From contig CAVOUJ010000018.1 of NCBI GenBank assembly GCA_963699535.1, positions 16,417 through 80,416 on the forward strand: a stretch of DNA of 64,000 nt. The letters are read 5' to 3'. The DNA is from an uncultured beta proteobacterium. Lineage in GTDB: Bacteria; Pseudomonadota; Gammaproteobacteria; Burkholderiales; SG8-39. The translations under genes were made by a program, and so were the position numbers. Shown piece after piece: positions 61,182-64,000 of the stretch (the stretch's first letter is position 1; each line of letters begins with the position of its first letter). The notes beneath the pieces are model-generated. The model was not told the DNA's origin. It worked only from the letters and a program-made list of their open reading frames with translations, and made no database searches.

Positions 61182-62601
61182 CTACTCCCGTGCCGTCAAG
61201 GCCGACGCGTCCCAACCCCCACCCAGCGCTCTCACGAGCCCCACCGCGGCGACGAGCCTCCGTCCGAGTATCCCCACCGCGGTGCGCTCGTTGTTGAGCT
61301 GCGCCGTCTGCGCGACAGCCACGTTGATGTAGCTCACGATGCCGGCCTTGTACTGGTTGGTCGTGAGTTCCACAGCTTGGCGCGCCGCGCGCACCGCCTC
61401 GTCCTGCACCTTCGCTTCCTCTTCGAGAATGCGAAGAGCCGCAAGGTTGTCCTCGACCTCGCGGAATCCGGCGAGCACGGCCAGACGGTATTCGGCCACG
61501 GTGGCATCGTAGGAGGCGATCGCCTCCTCGGTCTGTGCGCGCCGCAGGCCCGCGTCGAAAAGGGACTGCACGAGCGCCGGGCCGATCGACCAGAACCTGC
61601 TCGGCGCGGCGAACCAGGTGGCGGCATCGGCGCTGCGCGAGCCGTATACGCCCGACAGCGTGAGCGACGGAAAGTAGGCCGCCTTGGCGACACCGATCTG
61701 GGCGTTGGCGGCAGCGACCCTGCGCTCGGCCGCGGCGATATCCGGGCGGCGCTCGAGCAGCTCGGAGGGCAGACCGACCGGAATGCCCGGCATCTTCAGG
61801 TCGCAGGCGCGTCTCGGAAATGGAGACGTCCGAAGGCGGCTTGCCGACCAGCACCGCGATCGCGTTCTCGAGCTGCGCGCGCTGCACGCCGATATCGATC
61901 GCCTGCGCCTGGGTGCTCTTCAATTGCGTCTCGGCCTGGACGACGTCCACTTTCGGGACCACGCCGGCCGAGTAGCGGTTGCGCGTCAGCTCGAGCGTTC
62001 TTTCGTAGGCTGCCGCGGTCTCGTCGAGGAGCCGCTTCCCCGCGTCCAGCACCCGCAGCTGAAGGTAGTTCGACGCCAGCTCGGACTGCGCCGAGAGGCG
62101 CGCCGCGGCAAGATCGGCCGCTCCCGCCTGCGCGCCTGCTTCGCTCGATTCCACCGTGCGCCGCAGGCGTCCCCACAAGTCCGCTTCCCAGGCGGCACCG
62201 ACGCTCGCCGAGCGGTTGGTGATCACGCTTCCTGCGGTCGTTCCCCCGATCGCGCCGGAGGGCGAACGGCTGCGCGTCGCCGAAACGTTGGCGTCTACGG
62301 TCGGGAAATAGGCCGAGCGCGAGGCGTCGACCAGGGCCCGCGCCCGGCGGAACTGCGCCTCGGCCGCGAGCACGTTCTGGTTCGAGACCTCGACCTGCTC
62401 GACGAGGGCGTTGAGATGCGGATCGCCGAAAGCCTCCCACCACTTCCCGCCTATCTCCTCGTCGCGCGGTTGCGCCACTTTCCATTCGCCTGTTCCCTTG
62501 TACGCCTGGGGGACTGCAGCTTGGGGCCGGACGTAGTCGGGCCCTACAGCGCATCCCGCGAGCGGAAGGAAGACGGCGAGTGCGAAAGCCCGGCGCTTCA
62601 T
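61182..62601 (-). CDS. RND efflux outer membrane lipoprotein (NodT/OprM family), one frameshift
   Basis: LAGCAVGPDY, WEADLWG, PSELLERRPDI, ALGGGW. Confidence 0.88.
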
Positions 62602-62602
62602 C

Positions 62603-64000
62603 TCACCTCCAGCGCCGCTCCGCGCCGGCGTCCGTCCAAACGCGCCGGCACCACAGACGGAACCGGTCGAGGTAGAGGTACACCACCGGTGTCGTATACA
62701 GCGTCAGAAGCTGGCTGAAAATCAGTCCGCCGACGATGGCGATGCCGAGCGGCCGGCGAAATTCCGAGCCGTCGCCGAAACCGATCGCGAGCGGTACCGC
62801 GCCCAGCATCGCCGCCATGGTGGTCATCATGATCGGACGGAAGCGCAGCAGGCACGCCTGGAAAATCGCCGCCTCGGGGCTCCTGCCTCCCTCGCGCTCC
62901 GCCTCGATCGCGAAGTCGATCATCATGATCGCGTTCTTTTTTACGATGCCGATCAGCAGAATCACACCGATCAGGGCAATGACACTGAACTCGGTCCGAA
63001 ACGCCATCAGCGCGAGCAGCGCCCCGACGCCCGCCGAGGGCAAGGTGGAGAGAATAGTGATCGGGTGCACGGTGCTTTCGTAGAGGATGCCGAGCACGAT
63101 ATAGACGGTGAGGAGCGCGGCGAGGATAAGCCACGGCTGGCTCTCCAGCGACGCCCGGAAGGCGCGCGCCGTTCCCTGAAAGCTGCCGTGCACCGTCGTC
63201 GGCACGCCGAGCTGCGCCATCGCCCGGTTGATCGCGTCGACCGCCTCGCCGAGCGTCACGCCGAGCGCGAGGTTGAAGGAAATCGTCGAAGCGACGAACT
63301 GGCTCTGGTGATTGACGGCAAGCGGCGCGGTGGTGGGCTCGTAGCGCGCGATCGACGAAAGCGGCACCTGGCCGCGCGTGGGCGAGAGCACGTAGACGTT
63401 CGCGAGCGCCTCGGGGCTCTGCCAGTACTGCGGCGCGACCTCCATCACGACGTGGTACTGGTTGAGCGTCGAGTAGATGGTCGAGACCTGCGCCTGGCCG
63501 AATGCGTTGTAGAGCGTCTGGTCGATCATCCGCATGGTGATGCCCAGGCGCGCTGCGGTCTGCCGGTCTATGACGAGCGTCGTCTGCAGACCCTTGTCCT
63601 GCTGGTCGGTGTTGACGTCGGCGATCTCGGGCAGCTTGGAGAGCGCCTGGCGCACGCGCGGCTCCCAGAGCCTCAGTTCCGCCAGTTCGTCGGCCTGCAA
63701 GGTGAACTGGTATTGCGCGCCCGACTGACGGCCGCCCATCCGTATGTCCTGGACCGGAACGAGGAACAGGTTCGCGCCCGGCATCTGCGCCAGGCGCGGG
63801 CGCAGCCGCGCGATCACCTGGTCGACGCTGACCCTGCGCTCTCTCACGGGCTTCAGCGTGATGAACATGAAGCCGGAATTGCGCTGGCCGCCGCCCGTGA
63901 AGCCGACGACGTTCTCGACCGCCGGATCGCTGCGCACGATCTCGATGAAGTCGGCGAGCTTCTGACGCATCGCCTGGAACGAGATCCCCTGGTCGGCCTG
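62603..64000 (-). CDS. mdtC: RND efflux permease MdtC-like (partial, runs off the right edge)
   Basis: [39 protein letters not shown]. Confidence 0.85.
   Translation of the reverse strand, partial: QADQGISFQAMRQKLADFIEIVRSDPAVENVVGFTGGGQRNSGFMFITLKPVRERRVSVDQVIARLRPRLAQMPGANLFLVPVQDIRMGGRQSGAQYQFTLQADELAELRLWEPRVRQALSKLPEIADVNTDQQDKGLQTTLVIDRQTAARLGITMRMIDQTLYNAFGQAQVSTIYSTLNQYHVVMEVAPQYWQSPEALANVYVLSPTRGQVPLSSIARYEPTTAPLAVNHQSQFVASTISFNLALGVTLGEAVDAINRAMAQLGVPTTVHGSFQGTARAFRASLESQPWLILAALLTVYIVLGILYESTVHPITILSTLPSAGVGALLALMAFRTEFSVIALIGVILLIGIVKKNAIMMIDFAIEAEREGGRSPEAAIFQACLLRFRPIMMTTMAAMLGAVPLAIGFGDGSEFRRPLGIAIVGGLIFSQLLTLYTTPVVYLYLDRFRLWCRRVWTDAGAERRWR

Noticed and set aside
1-64000. CRISPR array, tRNA/rRNA, transposase or integrase
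   Set aside because: No regularly spaced repeat-spacer pattern, cloverleaf, or DDE/tyrosine-recombinase motif was seen by eye

Overview
GC-rich betaproteobacterial-type chromosomal window, apparently from an error-prone assembly (many single-base frameshifts in otherwise conserved genes). The backbone carries thioredoxin, ndh, gluQ, phasin, feruloyl-CoA synthase/enoyl-CoA hydratase, hrpA, riboflavin synthase, mrcB plus an LpoP-like lipoprotein, egtB, xth, ribD-nrdR-glyA and an RND efflux operon. Accessory content includes three TctC/Bug receptors, duplicated DUF3047 genes and a large ArsR-SRPBCC-YciI(DGPF)-ECF42 cluster with its cognate promoters visible. Best candidates for new biology: (1) a compositionally distinct 4-gene island at 42.9-46.7 kb, where a tail-less GRDP/DUF1399-like His-motif protein is paired with an orphan protein ending in ...GFAGCK, next to an acyl-CoA ligase and an ABC substrate-binding protein (possible enzyme/precursor system); (2) an intact Xre-ImmA/IrrE protease + DUF4411 PIN nuclease pair embedded between hsdS and hsdR of a type I R-M locus; (3) a frameshift-hidden stand-alone protein of two PARP-type zinc fingers; (4) two anti-Shine-Dalgarno hairpin sRNA candidates. 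No CRISPR array, tRNA, rRNA or transposase was recognised.
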